From contig CAVZFU010000005.1 of NCBI GenBank assembly GCA_963774685.1, positions 1,081,538-1,145,537 of the forward strand: DNA of 64,000 bases, read 5' to 3'. Below the pieces are notes generated by a model. That model was not told the origin of the DNA. It saw only the letters and a list, made by a program, of their open reading frames with translations, and searched no databases. The stretch is from an uncultured Alphaproteobacteria bacterium. Its GTDB lineage: Bacteria > Pseudomonadota > Alphaproteobacteria > Rhizobiales > Xanthobacteraceae. Positions 19,045 to 28,638 of the stretch are shown piece by piece (within the stretch, counting starts at the first letter, position 1; the number at the start of each line of letters is the position of its first letter). A program made the translations under genes and the position numbers.

Positions 19045-19272
19045 ATGGCGCTGTCCACCCGTTCGAATTTCGCCAAGCCGGATGACGCGTTTCGTGCCGT
19101 GGTCGAGGCGCATCGTGGCTTGAGCGACGAGCAAAGCGCCGATCTCGACGCGGCGCTGGTCCTGATCCTCGCCAATCATATCGGCGATCTCGAGGTGCTG
19201 CGCGAGGCGATCGAGCTTGCCAGGCGGCGGATGCTGGATGCCAGCCAGCAACAACAGCAGCAACAACAATAA
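19045..19272 (+). CDS. DUF2783-like small protein with poly-Gln tail
   Basis: PDDAFRAVVEAHRGLSDEQSADLDAALVLILANHIGD...QQQQQQQQ*. Confidence 0.85.
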   Translation: MALSTRSNFAKPDDAFRAVVEAHRGLSDEQSADLDAALVLILANHIGDLEVLREAIELARRRMLDASQQQQQQQQ

Positions 19273-19292
19273 GCACAGAGGGAATCGAATCG

Positions 19293-20246
19293 ATGGCCAA
19301 GGGTTTTGCATCCACCACCGACATGGCGGAGAAGAAGGTCACCTTCTCCGAGATCGGTACCGATCTCTATGCCTTCACCGCCGAAGGCGATCCGAATTCC
19401 GCTGTCATCGTCGGCGATGACGGCTGCATCGTATTCGATGCGCAGGCGACGCCGGCGATGGCGAATAAAGTGATCGAACGGGTGCGCACCGTCACCGACA
19501 AGCCGATCAAATATGTGGTGCTGTCGCATTATCATGCGGTGCGGGTGCTCGGCGCGTCGGCCTACAAGGCGCAGGCCGTGATTGCGTCTTCGGAAACCTA
19601 TCGGCTGGTCGAGGAACGCGGCCAGCAGGACTGGGATTCGGAATACGGCCGCTTTCCGCGGCTGTTCCAGGATGCCCAGAGCATTCCCGGGCTGACCTGG
19701 CCGACGCTGACTTTCGAAGGCGCGATGTCGATCTATCTCGGCAAGCGCGAAGTGCAGTTGATGCAGCTCGGCGCCGGACATACGTCGGGCGATATTGTCG
19801 CCTGGGTGCCGGACGCCGAGGTGATGTTTTCCGGTGACCTGATCGAATATCATTCGGCCTGCTATTGCGGCGACGCGCATTTGCGCGAATGGCCGACGAC
19901 GCTGAACGAAATCCGCGCCTTCAATCCCAGGGCGATCGCGCCGGGGCGCGGCGATGCGCTCAAGGGGCTCGCTACCGCGCGCGACGCCATCGCGATGACG
20001 CGCGATTTCGTCACCACGCTGTTCGGCGCCGCCGAGACCGCGGTCGCCAAGGGCCGCAACCTCAAGCAGACCATGGCGGCGGCGCGCGAGGTGATGGACC
20101 CGAAGTTTTCCAGTTTCGCGATCTACGAACACTGCCTGCCGTTCAACGTGTCGCGCGCCTTCGATGAAGCATCGGGAATCGACGATCCCGTGATCTGGAC
20201 CGACAAGCGCGACCAGGAAATGTGGGCGGCCCTGCAAGGAGGATGA
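19293..20246 (+). CDS. MBL-fold metallohydrolase with degenerate metal motif
   Basis: FDAQATP; SHYHAVR replaces HxHxDH; GHTSGD, FSGDL, PGRG. Confidence 0.8.
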   Translation: MAKGFASTTDMAEKKVTFSEIGTDLYAFTAEGDPNSAVIVGDDGCIVFDAQATPAMANKVIERVRTVTDKPIKYVVLSHYHAVRVLGASAYKAQAVIASSETYRLVEERGQQDWDSEYGRFPRLFQDAQSIPGLTWPTLTFEGAMSIYLGKREVQLMQLGAGHTSGDIVAWVPDAEVMFSGDLIEYHSACYCGDAHLREWPTTLNEIRAFNPRAIAPGRGDALKGLATARDAIAMTRDFVTTLFGAAETAVAKGRNLKQTMAAAREVMDPKFSSFAIYEHCLPFNVSRAFDEASGIDDPVIWTDKRDQEMWAALQGG

Positions 20247-20248
20247 CC

Positions 20249-21595
20249 ATGAATATCAACACGTCGCCGGACGTTATCAGCCGCAGTACCGTCAATATCA
20301 CGCCGGGCTACATGTCCGGCTTCGGCAACAGTTTCGAGACCGAGGCACTGCCCGGCGCGCTGCCGATCGGACGAAATTCACCGCAGCGTTGCGCCTACGG
20401 CCTTTATGCCGAGCAACTATCGGGCTCGCCGTTCACGGCACCCCGCGGCAGCAACGAGCGCTCATGGCTGTATCGAATCAGGCCTTCGGTGCGGCATTCC
20501 GGGCGCTTCGCCAAGGTCGATGCCGGATTGTGGCGCACCGCGCCCTGTCATGAGTACGAGCTGCCGATCGCGCAATTGCGCTGGGATCCGGCGCCGATCC
20601 CGAAACAGGACATGACGTTCCTGCAGGGCGTGCAGACCATGACCACGGCGGGAGACGCCAACACCCAGGCCGGCATGGCGGCGCACGTCTATCTCATCAC
20701 GCGATCGATGGTCGATCAGCATTTCTACAATGCCGACGGCGAGATGATGTTCGTGCCGCAGCAGGGCAGTCTGCGCTTCGTTACCGAGTTTGGCCGCATC
20801 GATGTCGAGCCCGGCGAGATCGCGGTGATCCCGCGCGGCGTTAAATTCCGCGTCGAGATCACCGCCGGCCCCGCCCGCGGCTATCTCTGCGAAAATTACG
20901 GCGGCGCCTTTACGCTGCCCGAGCGCGGCCCGATCGGCGCCAATTGCCTCGCCAATGCGCGGGATTTCCTCACCCCGGTTGCGGCCTATGAGGACAAGGA
21001 CACGCCGACCGAATTGTTCGTCAAATGGGGCGGCTCGTTGTTCAAGACGACATTGCCGCATTCGCCGATCGACGTGGTGGCGTGGCATGGCAACTACGCG
21101 CCGTACAAATACGACCTGCGGACCTTCTCGCCGGTCGGCGCCATCGGATTCGACCATCCCGATCCGTCGATCTTCACCGTGCTGACGTCGCCGTCGGAAA
21201 CCGCCGGCACCGCAAATATCGACTTCGTGATTTTCCCGGAGCGCTGGGCGGTGGCGGAAAACACCTTCCGCCCGCCCTGGTATCACATGAACATCATGTC
21301 GGAGTTCATGGGGCTGATCTACGGCGTCTACGACGCCAAGCCGGAAGGCTTCACGCCCGGCGGCATCAGCCTGCACAACCAGATGCTGCCGCACGGCCCG
21401 GATCGCCAGGCCTTCGAGCACGCCAGCAATTCGGAACTGAAGCCGGTCAAGCTGACGGGCACCATGGCCTTCATGTTCGAAACCCGATACCCGCAGCGCG
21501 TCACCGCGCATGCCGCGAAGTCCTCGACCTTGCAGGATGATTATGCGGATTGCTGGAAGGGACTGGAAAAGCGGTTCGATCCGAACAAGCCGTGA
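20249..21595 (+). CDS. hmgA: Homogentisate 1,2-dioxygenase
   Basis: [44 protein letters not shown]. Confidence 0.97.
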   Translation: MNINTSPDVISRSTVNITPGYMSGFGNSFETEALPGALPIGRNSPQRCAYGLYAEQLSGSPFTAPRGSNERSWLYRIRPSVRHSGRFAKVDAGLWRTAPCHEYELPIAQLRWDPAPIPKQDMTFLQGVQTMTTAGDANTQAGMAAHVYLITRSMVDQHFYNADGEMMFVPQQGSLRFVTEFGRIDVEPGEIAVIPRGVKFRVEITAGPARGYLCENYGGAFTLPERGPIGANCLANARDFLTPVAAYEDKDTPTELFVKWGGSLFKTTLPHSPIDVVAWHGNYAPYKYDLRTFSPVGAIGFDHPDPSIFTVLTSPSETAGTANIDFVIFPERWAVAENTFRPPWYHMNIMSEFMGLIYGVYDAKPEGFTPGGISLHNQMLPHGPDRQAFEHASNSELKPVKLTGTMAFMFETRYPQRVTAHAAKSSTLQDDYADCWKGLEKRFDPNKP

Positions 21596-21608
21596 GATGC
21601 TTTCTGCC

Positions 21609-21685
21609 CGTCATCGCCGGGCCTGACCCGGCGATCCATCTGCTTCTTTGAAAGCTGGATGCCCGGGTCAAGCCCGGGCATGACG
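21609..21685. repeat. REP doublet
   Basis: CGTCATCGCCGGGCCTGACCCGGCGATCC and inverted GGATGCCCGGGTCAAGCCCGGGCATGACG. Confidence 0.8.
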
Positions 21686-21707
21686 ATTTACTGATTGGAG
21701 AAATATT

Positions 21708-22979
21708 TTGCCCCATCCCAACGATCCGAGCCTCCGCTCCTTCATCGACGTCGATCCCGCATCGGACTTCTCCATCCAGAACCTGCCTTATGGGGTGTTT
21801 TCGGCCAAGGATGGCCTGGCCCCTCGCGTCGGGGTTGCGATCGGCGATTATGTGCTCGATCTCTGGGAGCTTGAACAGGATGGACGGCTGGATGTCGGCG
21901 AACTCGGCGTGTTTGCCGCACCGATGCTCAATCCGTTCATGGCGCTGGGGCCGAAAGTGTGGTCGCGCACCCGCGCGCGGATCAGCGAGCTATTGCGTCA
22001 CGACAATCCGGAACTGCGCGACAACGACGAGTTGCGCAAGCGCGCGCTGGTGCCGATGGCGAATGTCAAACTGTATCTGCCGATCGCGGTCTCGGGCTAC
22101 ACTGATTTCTATTCGTCAAAGGAGCATGCCACCAATGTCGGCGTCATGTTTCGCGGCAAGGACAATGCGCTGCAGCCGAACTGGCTGCACATGCCGATCG
22201 GCTACAACGGCCGGGCATCGACCGTGGTGGTCAGCGGCACCAAAGTCCGCAGGCCGCGCGGGCAGTTGAAGCCGCCGAACGCCGACGCGCCCTCGTTCGG
22301 TCCCTGCAAGCGGCTCGATTTTGAACTCGAGATGGGCGTCGTGATCGGGCAGCCATCGCCGATCGGCGAGATGCTCACCGAGAAGCAGGCGGAGCAGATG
22401 ATCTTCGGCTTTGTGCTGCTCAACGACTGGAGCGCGCGGGATATCCAGCAATGGGAATACGTGCCGCTCGGCCCGTTCCAGGCCAAGGCGTTCGCAACCT
22501 CGATCAGTCCCTGGATCGTGACGCGCGAGGCGCTGGAGCCGTTTCGCGTTCACGGCCCGGCGCAGGATCCGGCGCCGCTGCTCTATCTGCAGCAGGCACA
22601 GCCGAACAATTACGACCTTGAACTTGATGTCGGCTTGCGCGCTGCCTCAATGAACGAAGCCGTCGGTATCTGCCGCACCAATTTCAAGTACATGTATTGG
22701 TCATCGGTGCAACAACTGGTGCATCACGCTTCGTCCGGCTGCGCCATGAATGTCGGCGATCTCCTGGGGAGCGGCACCATCAGCGGTCCCGACAAGCATC
22801 AGCGCGGCAGCCTTCTCGAAATAAGCTGGAACGGCACGGAGCCGATTGAACTGGCCGGCGGCGTCAAGCGGACCTTTCTCGAAGACGGCGATTCGCTTGT
22901 GATGCGCGGCTGGTGCCAGGGCGAGGGCTACCGCGTCGGCTTCGGCGAAGTCGAGGGAACGATAGTGGCGGCGGCCTAG
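21708..22979 (+). CDS. fahA: Fumarylacetoacetase
   Basis: FSIQNLPYGVF, YTDFYSSKEHATNVG, LDFELE, NDWSARDIQQWEYVPLGPF. Confidence 0.96.
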   Translation: MPHPNDPSLRSFIDVDPASDFSIQNLPYGVFSAKDGLAPRVGVAIGDYVLDLWELEQDGRLDVGELGVFAAPMLNPFMALGPKVWSRTRARISELLRHDNPELRDNDELRKRALVPMANVKLYLPIAVSGYTDFYSSKEHATNVGVMFRGKDNALQPNWLHMPIGYNGRASTVVVSGTKVRRPRGQLKPPNADAPSFGPCKRLDFELEMGVVIGQPSPIGEMLTEKQAEQMIFGFVLLNDWSARDIQQWEYVPLGPFQAKAFATSISPWIVTREALEPFRVHGPAQDPAPLLYLQQAQPNNYDLELDVGLRAASMNEAVGICRTNFKYMYWSSVQQLVHHASSGCAMNVGDLLGSGTISGPDKHQRGSLLEISWNGTEPIELAGGVKRTFLEDGDSLVMRGWCQGEGYRVGFGEVEGTIVAAA

Positions 22980-23287
22980 CGCTCTTCCGGCGGAATGCCT
23001 CGAATCCGCGCCGAATGCGCGGCGACGTCGTCATGGCCAAAGGACAACTGGACCCGCTTGGTCGACGGCGGATGCTTTTCGACGGATATGCCGGGCCGCC
23101 ATTCCTTTGCCGGCCGGATCGGCCGCGGGACGAAACCGCCGCCGCAGTTCGGGCATACATTGTTCAGTTTGGTCTCGACGCAATCGGCGCAGAACGTGCA
23201 TTCATAGCTGCAGATGCGCGCTTCTGTCGAATTTGGCGGAAGGTCCTTGTCGCAATACTCGCAGTTCGGTCGCAGTTGCAGCGCCAT
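22976..23287 (-). CDS. DUF1272-like Cys-rich protein
   Basis: LRPNCEYCDKDLPP...ICSYECTFCADC...CPNCGG. Confidence 0.85.
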   Translation of the reverse strand: MALQLRPNCEYCDKDLPPNSTEARICSYECTFCADCVETKLNNVCPNCGGGFVPRPIRPAKEWRPGISVEKHPPSTKRVQLSFGHDDVAAHSARIRGIPPEER

Positions 23288-23379
23288 GGCGGTCTCGTGG
23301 TTGTCCGGACGTAGCGGATGATCGCAAATCGATCGCCTGAACCGAATGACGAATATCCCTCGATTTCAGCCATGCGGTC

Positions 23380-23853
23380 TCAGCGCAGGGATTTTAGCGG
23401 CAGCTTTTGCGTCTCCTTCAGGCGATCGAGCACGATCGAGGAGCGCACATGCGCCACGCTCTGGTGCGGCATCAGCACGTTGTTGACGATATCCGACAGG
23501 CTCTTGAGATCGCGCAGCACCGCCTTCAGCAGATAATCGGCGTCGCCGGTGAGCGAATAGGCTTCCTGGATATCGTCGACGCGATTGACCAGCGTGCGAA
23601 ACCGCTTGGCATTATCTGGCGAATGCGTTGCGAGCGTGATGTGAATGAAGGCGATGACATTGAAGCCGAGCGGCTCGCTGGCAAGGTCGGCATGATAGCC
23701 CGAGATGACCTTGTCCTGCTCCAGCCGCATGCGCCGCCGCGAGCATTGCGACGCCGACAGGCCGGCCACGTCGGCGAGCTGCTGGTTGGTCAGGCGGCCG
23801 TCATCCTGCAGCGCGGCCAGTATTTTGAGGTCGAAGGCGTCAACCGATATCAT
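23380..23853 (-). CDS. Lrp/AsnC regulator
   Basis: DAFDLKILAALQDDGRLTNQQLA..GLSASQCSRR; LTGDADYLL. Confidence 0.9.
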   Translation of the reverse strand: MISVDAFDLKILAALQDDGRLTNQQLADVAGLSASQCSRRRMRLEQDKVISGYHADLASEPLGFNVIAFIHITLATHSPDNAKRFRTLVNRVDDIQEAYSLTGDADYLLKAVLRDLKSLSDIVNNVLMPHQSVAHVRSSIVLDRLKETQKLPLKSLR

Positions 23854-23872
23854 GCGTGAAATGCCATATTTG

Positions 23873-23887
23873 TGCACAGATTGTGCA
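23873..23887. promoter_or_regulatory. Candidate operator between lrp and hppD
   Basis: TGCACA-GAT-TGTGCA inverted repeat. Confidence 0.35.
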
Positions 23888-23975
23888 TATCCATAGCACA
23901 AGACGGCTCCATTTGCATACACATTGCGCGTCATGTGGCTGATGATGCACGTCAGCAAAATCAGGGAGATCAGCC

Positions 23976-25094
23976 ATGGGTCCGTTTCCGCACGACGCGC
24001 CGGCCGCCAGGATTTCCGCCGACAACCCGATGGGGACCGACGGTTTCGAGTTCGTTGAATATGCGCATCCCCGGCCCGAAGAACTGCACGCGCTGTTCAA
24101 GCTGATGGGCTATGTGCCGGTCGCGCGCCACAGGACGAAAAAGATCACGGTCTATCGCCAGGGCGACATCAATTATCTCGTCAACGAGCAGCCCGGTACC
24201 CACGGCGTCGATTTCGTTGCCGCGCATGGTCCCTGCGCGCCATCGATGGCGTTTCGCGTGGTCGATGCAAAGCAGGCCTATGAGCGTGCATTGTCGCTTG
24301 GCGCCGAACCCGCCGGCGTTTCCTCAGCGCAGAAGACGCTCGATGTTCCCGCCATCAAGGGCATTGGCGGCAGCTTGCTGTATTTCGTCGATCGCTATGG
24401 CGCCAAGGGTTCGGCCTACGATGCTGAATTCGAGTGGCTGGGTGCCGGAAATCCGCGGCCCGAGGGCGCGGGGCTGTTTTATCTCGATCACCTCACCCAT
24501 AACGTCCATCGCGGGCGGATGGACGTCTGGACCGGTTTCTACGAAAGACTGTTCAACTTCCGGCAGATTCGCTTTTTCGATATCGAAGGCCGCGCATCCG
24601 GCCTGTTCTCGCGGGCGCTGACCAGTCCTGACGGCAAGATCCGGATTCCAATCAACGAGGATGCGGGCGATTCCGGCCAGATCGAGGAATATCTCAACGT
24701 CTATCGCGGCGAGGGCATCCAGCATATCGCCTGCGGGGCAAAGGATATCTATCGCACCGTCGAGGCGTTGCGCACGGACGGCCTGCCGTTCATGCCGTCG
24801 CCGCCTGCCACCTATTTCGAGAAGATCGACGCGCGCCTGCCCAAGCACGGCGAGGACGTTGCGCGGCTTACGCGCGATGGCATCCTGATCGACGGCGAAG
24901 GCGTCGTCGAAGGCGGCCATACCAAGGTGCTGCTGCAGATTTTCTCCGCCAACGCCATCGGGCCGATCTTCTTCGAGTTCATCCAGCGCAAGGGCGATGA
25001 CGGCTTCGGCGAAGGCAACTTCAAGGCGCTGTTCGAATTGATCGAGGAAGACCAGATCCGCCGCGGTGTACTGAAGGTAGAGGACGCGGCGTAG
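23976..25094 (+). CDS. hppD: 4-hydroxyphenylpyruvate dioxygenase
   Basis: NPMGTDGFEFVE, DHLTHNV, GEGIQHIA, FFEFIQRKGDDGFGEGNFKALFE. Confidence 0.96.
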   Translation: MGPFPHDAPAARISADNPMGTDGFEFVEYAHPRPEELHALFKLMGYVPVARHRTKKITVYRQGDINYLVNEQPGTHGVDFVAAHGPCAPSMAFRVVDAKQAYERALSLGAEPAGVSSAQKTLDVPAIKGIGGSLLYFVDRYGAKGSAYDAEFEWLGAGNPRPEGAGLFYLDHLTHNVHRGRMDVWTGFYERLFNFRQIRFFDIEGRASGLFSRALTSPDGKIRIPINEDAGDSGQIEEYLNVYRGEGIQHIACGAKDIYRTVEALRTDGLPFMPSPPATYFEKIDARLPKHGEDVARLTRDGILIDGEGVVEGGHTKVLLQIFSANAIGPIFFEFIQRKGDDGFGEGNFKALFELIEEDQIRRGVLKVEDAA

Positions 25095-25102
25095 TAAACG
25101 AT

Positions 25103-25222
25103 GTCGTCCCGGCCTCCGAGCCGGGACCCATATGCCGCGGCTTTGCGTTTGGGTGCAATGTTAGAGACCTTCTACAACAACAGATGACCGGGATTATGGG
25201 TCCCGGCGTTCGCCGGGACGAC
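25103..25222. repeat. REP doublet with spacer
   Basis: GTCGTCCCGGCCTCCGAGCCGGGACCCATA ... TATGGGTCCCGGCGTTCGCCGGGACGAC. Confidence 0.8.
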
Positions 25223-25227
25223 CAAGG

Positions 25228-26340
25228 TTACTTTCCGCTCTGCCACTCCCGCGTGACTTCGGCGATATCGGCCGTTGCGGCCTCACGGATCGCCGAGGGC
25301 GTGCGTGAAAAACGTGGCGCGGGCGCCGGCTGGGTGACGCCGTGGCGGGTGACGAAAATCTCGCGTGCCTTCATGTGCGGATGTTCCGGCGCTTCTTTCA
25401 TGGTCAGAACCGGCGCGAAGCAGATGTCGGTGCCTTCCATGATGGTGCACCACTCGTCGCGGGTCTTGCTCTTGAACACATCCACCAGCTTCTGCTTGAG
25501 CGCGGGCCAGGCCTTGCGATCCATCTGATGATCGAAGTCGGCGTCCGAAAGGCCGGCGTGCTGGCGCAGCAGCGCGTAGAATTGCGGCTCGATCGAACCG
25601 ATCGAAATGAACCGGCCGCAGCCGCATTCATAGACGCCATAGAAGTGCGCACCGCCATCGAGGAAATTGCTCTCGCGCTGTTCGGTCCATCGTCCCGCAG
25701 CCGTCATGTCGAAGAACATCGACATCAACGAAGCTGCACCATCGCACATCGCAGCATCCACCACCTGCCCCTTGCCCGATTTCTGCGCTTCCAATAGCGC
25801 AGCGAGCACACCGACCACGAGGTAGAGCGCGCCGCCGCCGAAGTCGCCGACCAGATTGAGCGGCGGCACCGGTTTGTCCTTGCCGCCGATCGCAGCCAGC
25901 GCGCCGGTCACCGAGATGTAGTTGATGTCGTGGCCGGCGGCCTGCGCCAGCGGGCCTTGCTGACCCCATCCGGTCATCCGGCCGTAGACCAGGCGCGGAT
26001 TACGCGCCTGCACAACATCGGGCCCAAGCCCCAATCGCTCCATCACGCCGGGCCGAAAGCCTTCGATCAGCGCGTCGGCATTGGCCAGAAGGTCGAGTGC
26101 CTGCGCGATGGCGGCCTTGTCCTTCAGGTCGAGTTCGACGACCTTTCGCCCGCGCCCCGCGATCGATTTCAAATTCTTCCTGGCACCGACGCGATCGAGC
26201 GTGATGACCTCCGCGCCCATGTCCGCCAGCAGCATGCAGGCAAAGGGACCGGGCCCGATACCGGCAAATTCGACGATGCGAAAACCTGCCAGCGGGCCGG
26301 AGGTGCGGGTGGAGGATTGCGGGGCTGATTTGTCGAGCAC
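25228..26340 (-). CDS. CaiB/BaiF CoA-transferase / alpha-methylacyl-CoA racemase family
   Basis: [38 protein letters not shown]. Confidence 0.92.
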   Translation of the reverse strand: MLDKSAPQSSTRTSGPLAGFRIVEFAGIGPGPFACMLLADMGAEVITLDRVGARKNLKSIAGRGRKVVELDLKDKAAIAQALDLLANADALIEGFRPGVMERLGLGPDVVQARNPRLVYGRMTGWGQQGPLAQAAGHDINYISVTGALAAIGGKDKPVPPLNLVGDFGGGALYLVVGVLAALLEAQKSGKGQVVDAAMCDGAASLMSMFFDMTAAGRWTEQRESNFLDGGAHFYGVYECGCGRFISIGSIEPQFYALLRQHAGLSDADFDHQMDRKAWPALKQKLVDVFKSKTRDEWCTIMEGTDICFAPVLTMKEAPEHPHMKAREIFVTRHGVTQPAPAPRFSRTPSAIREAATADIAEVTREWQSGK

Positions 26341-26367
26341 GTTGTTTTCCGTTGATGAATCAAGGAA

Positions 26368-27684
26368 TCATGAAGTTGCGGAAGTCTTGGTGCCGTGGCG
26401 TCCAGGGTCGCTCAACGTCACCTTGGCGGCGTCCGCCCACAGTTTGGCGTTCTGCTTTTGCCGTTCGGTGCCGGTGCCTTCTTCCGCCACCTTGCGGCCG
26501 AGCGCGATGAAGACCGGAATTTCGTCGTCACGCATCGGTTTGACGGCTTGCTTGCGTGCCATCGCCTTCTCGATATAGGGCGCGAGTTCTTCCTGCTTCT
26601 GCTTTTCCCGCTCGATTTCGCGCGCCCTGAATTCCGGCATCACGTCCCTGGCGAACAGCTCCAGTGCCTCGCAGATGTCCTTGTGCTGGTTGCGGCCGCC
26701 CTGCTGGATGAACACGGTCTGGTCGACACCCGATTCCTCGAAGTGCCGCAGATGGGTCCGCAACTGGTCGGGCGTGCCGATGCCGTGATCGGCGCCGGCC
26801 GGCGGCAACGCGTGCCGGGCCTTTTCGAAATTGGCCCAGATGTCGGTGCGTCCCGGCTTGTGCTCGCCGAAGATATAATGATGCGCGAGACCGTAGCGGA
26901 AAAACCGCAGGCCGTCCTCGCCGCGGCGGCGCGATTCCATTTCATCGGCATGTACCGAGAAGCCGGTCACCATCGCAACGTTGGGATTGACGGCATGGCC
27001 GATCGGTACGCATTCCTCCTTGAAGATGCGGTAGTAGTCATCGACCCATTGCCGGGCTTCACGCGGATCGACAAAGGCGAAGGTCAGCGCGCCGATGCCG
27101 CACCGCGCCGCCATCTTGATGGTCTCGCGATTGGAGCAGGCAACCCAGAGCGGAGGATGCGGCTTCTGCAGCGGCTTCGGCACCACGTTGCGGCACGGCA
27201 TCTCGAAGAACTCGCCCTTGAAGCCGGGATAGGGGTCCATCGCCATCATGTCGGTGCATTGCTCGACGCCTTCTTTCCACATCCGCCGCTTCTCGACCGG
27301 ATCGAAACCGACGTTGAAGCCGCCGAGCTCCATCAGCGAAGCACTTTCGCCGGTGCCGAATTCGACGCGACCGTTGGAGACGAGATCGAGCGTGGCGATG
27401 CGCTCGGCGACCCGCGCCGGATGATTGTATTTCGGCGGCATCAGGCAGATGCCGTGGCCGAGCCGGATTCTGCTGGTGCGCTGTGAGCACGCCGCGAGGA
27501 ATATTTCGGGCGCGGAGGAATGCGAATATTCCTCGAGGAAGTGATGCTCGACTTCCCAGGCGTAATCGATGCCGAGTTTGTCGGCGAGTTCGACCTGATC
27601 GAGCGCCTCCTGGAACAGCCGGTGCTCGTCGCCCTCGTTCCACGGGCGCGGCAACTGGTGCTCGTAGAAAATCCCGAATTTCAT
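26368..27684 (-). CDS. LLM class flavin-dependent oxidoreductase
   Basis: AWEVEHHF, RIRLGHG, HPARVAERIATLDLVSNGRVEFGTG. Confidence 0.9.
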   Translation of the reverse strand: MKFGIFYEHQLPRPWNEGDEHRLFQEALDQVELADKLGIDYAWEVEHHFLEEYSHSSAPEIFLAACSQRTSRIRLGHGICLMPPKYNHPARVAERIATLDLVSNGRVEFGTGESASLMELGGFNVGFDPVEKRRMWKEGVEQCTDMMAMDPYPGFKGEFFEMPCRNVVPKPLQKPHPPLWVACSNRETIKMAARCGIGALTFAFVDPREARQWVDDYYRIFKEECVPIGHAVNPNVAMVTGFSVHADEMESRRRGEDGLRFFRYGLAHHYIFGEHKPGRTDIWANFEKARHALPPAGADHGIGTPDQLRTHLRHFEESGVDQTVFIQQGGRNQHKDICEALELFARDVMPEFRAREIEREKQKQEELAPYIEKAMARKQAVKPMRDDEIPVFIALGRKVAEEGTGTERQKQNAKLWADAAKVTLSDPGRHGTKTSATS

Positions 27685-27773
27685 GGGCGCTCCCGAAATG
27701 CTTGTTTTGGGGAAATTGTCTAGCGTTGCGGGGAGGGTGGCAAGCGGCTTTTGATGCGAATATGGCTAAATAG

Positions 27774-27808
27774 AAAGCGGCGCGCATTGCTGCACGCCGC
27801 TTGTTTTT
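27774..27808. terminator. Probable intrinsic terminator downstream of coxM
   Basis: AAGCGGCG...CGCCGCTT stem flanked by A- and T-tracts. Confidence 0.5.
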
Positions 27809-27823
27809 AACGCGAAATAACGA

Positions 27824-28624
27824 TCAGCCGGCGTCGGCAACCGCGCGCTGCGCCATCACCTTGATCAGGTTGGCGCGATAGGCCGACGATCCATGGATGT
27901 CGGTCAACAATCCGTCGGCGGAAATCTTGACGTTGTCGAGCGCGCCGGGGGACCAGTTGGCCTTGAGCGCCGCCTCGATCGCCGGTACCCGCATGACGCC
28001 GTTCTGCGAGGCGCCGGTGGCGGCGACACGGACATCGCCCGCCTTGGTCTTGACCACGAACACGCCGGTCAGGGCAAAGCGCGAGGCCGGATGGCGCATT
28101 TTCGAATATCCCGCCTTGGCCGGAATCGGGAACGACACCGCGGTGATAATCTCGTCATCCGCCAGCGCAGTTGCGAACAGGCCCTTGAAGAAATCATCCG
28201 CCGGTATCGAGCGCTTGTTGGTCTTGACGGTGGCGCCGAGCGCCAGCACCGCGGCCGGATAGTCCGCCGCCGGATCGTTGTTGGCGATCGAGCCGCCGAT
28301 GGTGCCGCGATAACGCACTTGGGGATCGCCAAGCACCGACGTCAGATGCACGATCGCGGGGATCGCTTTCTTGGCATCGGCGCTCTGCAGGATGTCGAAA
28401 TAGGTGGTCGCAGCCTTGATGGTCAGCGCATCGGCTGAAAGTTCGATACCGACCAGTTCCTTGATCTTTCCGAGATCGATCACGTCGGATGGCGAGGCCA
28501 GCCGCTGTTTCATCACCGGAAGCAAGGTATGGCCACCGGCGAGATATTTTGACTCGGCGCCCTTGGCGAACAAGGCGGCAGCTTCTGCGACGGTGGAGGG
28601 GCGATGATAGGTTGTCTGGTACAT
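27824..28624 (-). CDS. coxM: Molybdo-flavoenzyme FAD subunit (CoxM/CutM-like)
   Basis: KYLAGGHTLLP, RYRGTIGGSIANNDPAADYP. Confidence 0.85.
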   Translation of the reverse strand: MYQTTYHRPSTVAEAAALFAKGAESKYLAGGHTLLPVMKQRLASPSDVIDLGKIKELVGIELSADALTIKAATTYFDILQSADAKKAIPAIVHLTSVLGDPQVRYRGTIGGSIANNDPAADYPAAVLALGATVKTNKRSIPADDFFKGLFATALADDEIITAVSFPIPAKAGYSKMRHPASRFALTGVFVVKTKAGDVRVAATGASQNGVMRVPAIEAALKANWSPGALDNVKISADGLLTDIHGSSAYRANLIKVMAQRAVADAG

Positions 28625-28638
28625 GGCAGTATTCCCTC

